Source: a virus (Duplodnaviria; Caudoviricetes). From it: DNA of 64,000 bases. The position numbers and the translations under genes were made by a program. The notes below the pieces were generated by a model, which worked only from the letters and a program-made list of their open reading frames with translations, searched no databases and was not told the DNA's origin. Positions within the stretch are counted from its first letter, which is position 1; each line of letters opens with the position of its first letter. Location: positions 83,895-147,894 of the IMG/VR virus record IMGVR_UViG_3300028805_000057; one strand, 5' to 3'. Of the stretch, positions 63,605 through 64,000 are shown one piece after another.

Positions 63605-64000
63605 ATGAGAGTTATAACAGCACCTGAAAAATATATAAGACAACCTAATGATATAACAGTATTCTTAGCAGGTGGTATTACAAATTGTTGGGAATGGCAG
63701 GATAAAGTAATTGAGGCATTGCAAAATAAAAAAGAAGTAGATTTGAATAATCTTGTAATATTTAATCCAAGAAGAAAAGATTTTCCTATAGACGATCCTA
63801 ATGCAAGTTATGAACAAATAAAATGGGAATTTAAAATGCTCGAACAATGTGATATTTTCTCGATGTATTTCTGTGCAGGAGAATCAGATCAACCAATTTG
63901 TATGTATGAACTTGGTAGAAATATTTGTAGAATGCAAATGAGATTTCCTACTGATTGGGATATAAGATTAATTATTACATCAGAATATAATTACAAAAGG
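63605..64000 (+). CDS. Nucleoside 2-deoxyribosyltransferase-like protein (runs off window end; not in ORF track)
   Basis: VFLAGGI...WQ, FNPRR, QIKWE, QPICMYELG motifs; AAAGGAG RBS. Confidence 0.75.
   Translation, partial: MRVITAPEKYIRQPNDITVFLAGGITNCWEWQDKVIEALQNKKEVDLNNLVIFNPRRKDFPIDDPNASYEQIKWEFKMLEQCDIFSMYFCAGESDQPICMYELGRNICRMQMRFPTDWDIRLIITSEYNYKR

Noticed and set aside
1-64000. Stop-codon reassignment
   Set aside because: Long genes are intact under the standard code and TAA, TGA and TAG all end genes followed by RBS-led neighbours.

Overview
A 64-kb segment of an AT-rich tailed dsDNA phage (siphovirus-like, probably infecting Bacillota/Clostridia), coded almost entirely on the + strand. 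Order: head-tail joining and tail genes with two paralogous major tail proteins (1-12.6 kb); a Gly/Asn/Gln/Cys-rich gene cluster of unknown function interrupted by an HNH endonuclease (12.7-17 kb); tail-fibre genes, the two largest each preceded by an anticodon-less tRNA-like element (17-26.5 kb); holin and NlpC/P60 endolysin; an ~11-kb array of genes sharing an N-terminal 'EFY...LxH' leader, carrying two papain-fold toxin domains and candidate leaderless immunity genes (28.3-39.4 kb); three paralogous tail-tip/hub genes with exchanged variable domains (39.5-52.3 kb); a second holin; and an early region of small promoter-gene-terminator cassettes driven by a fixed-spacing CGC-N15-TAnnnT motif, including a structured ~185-nt ncRNA candidate (52.9-64 kb). 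The best candidate for an undescribed system is the leader-tagged, probably virion-packaged toxin/effector array. All family assignments come from motif recognition by eye; no searches were run.
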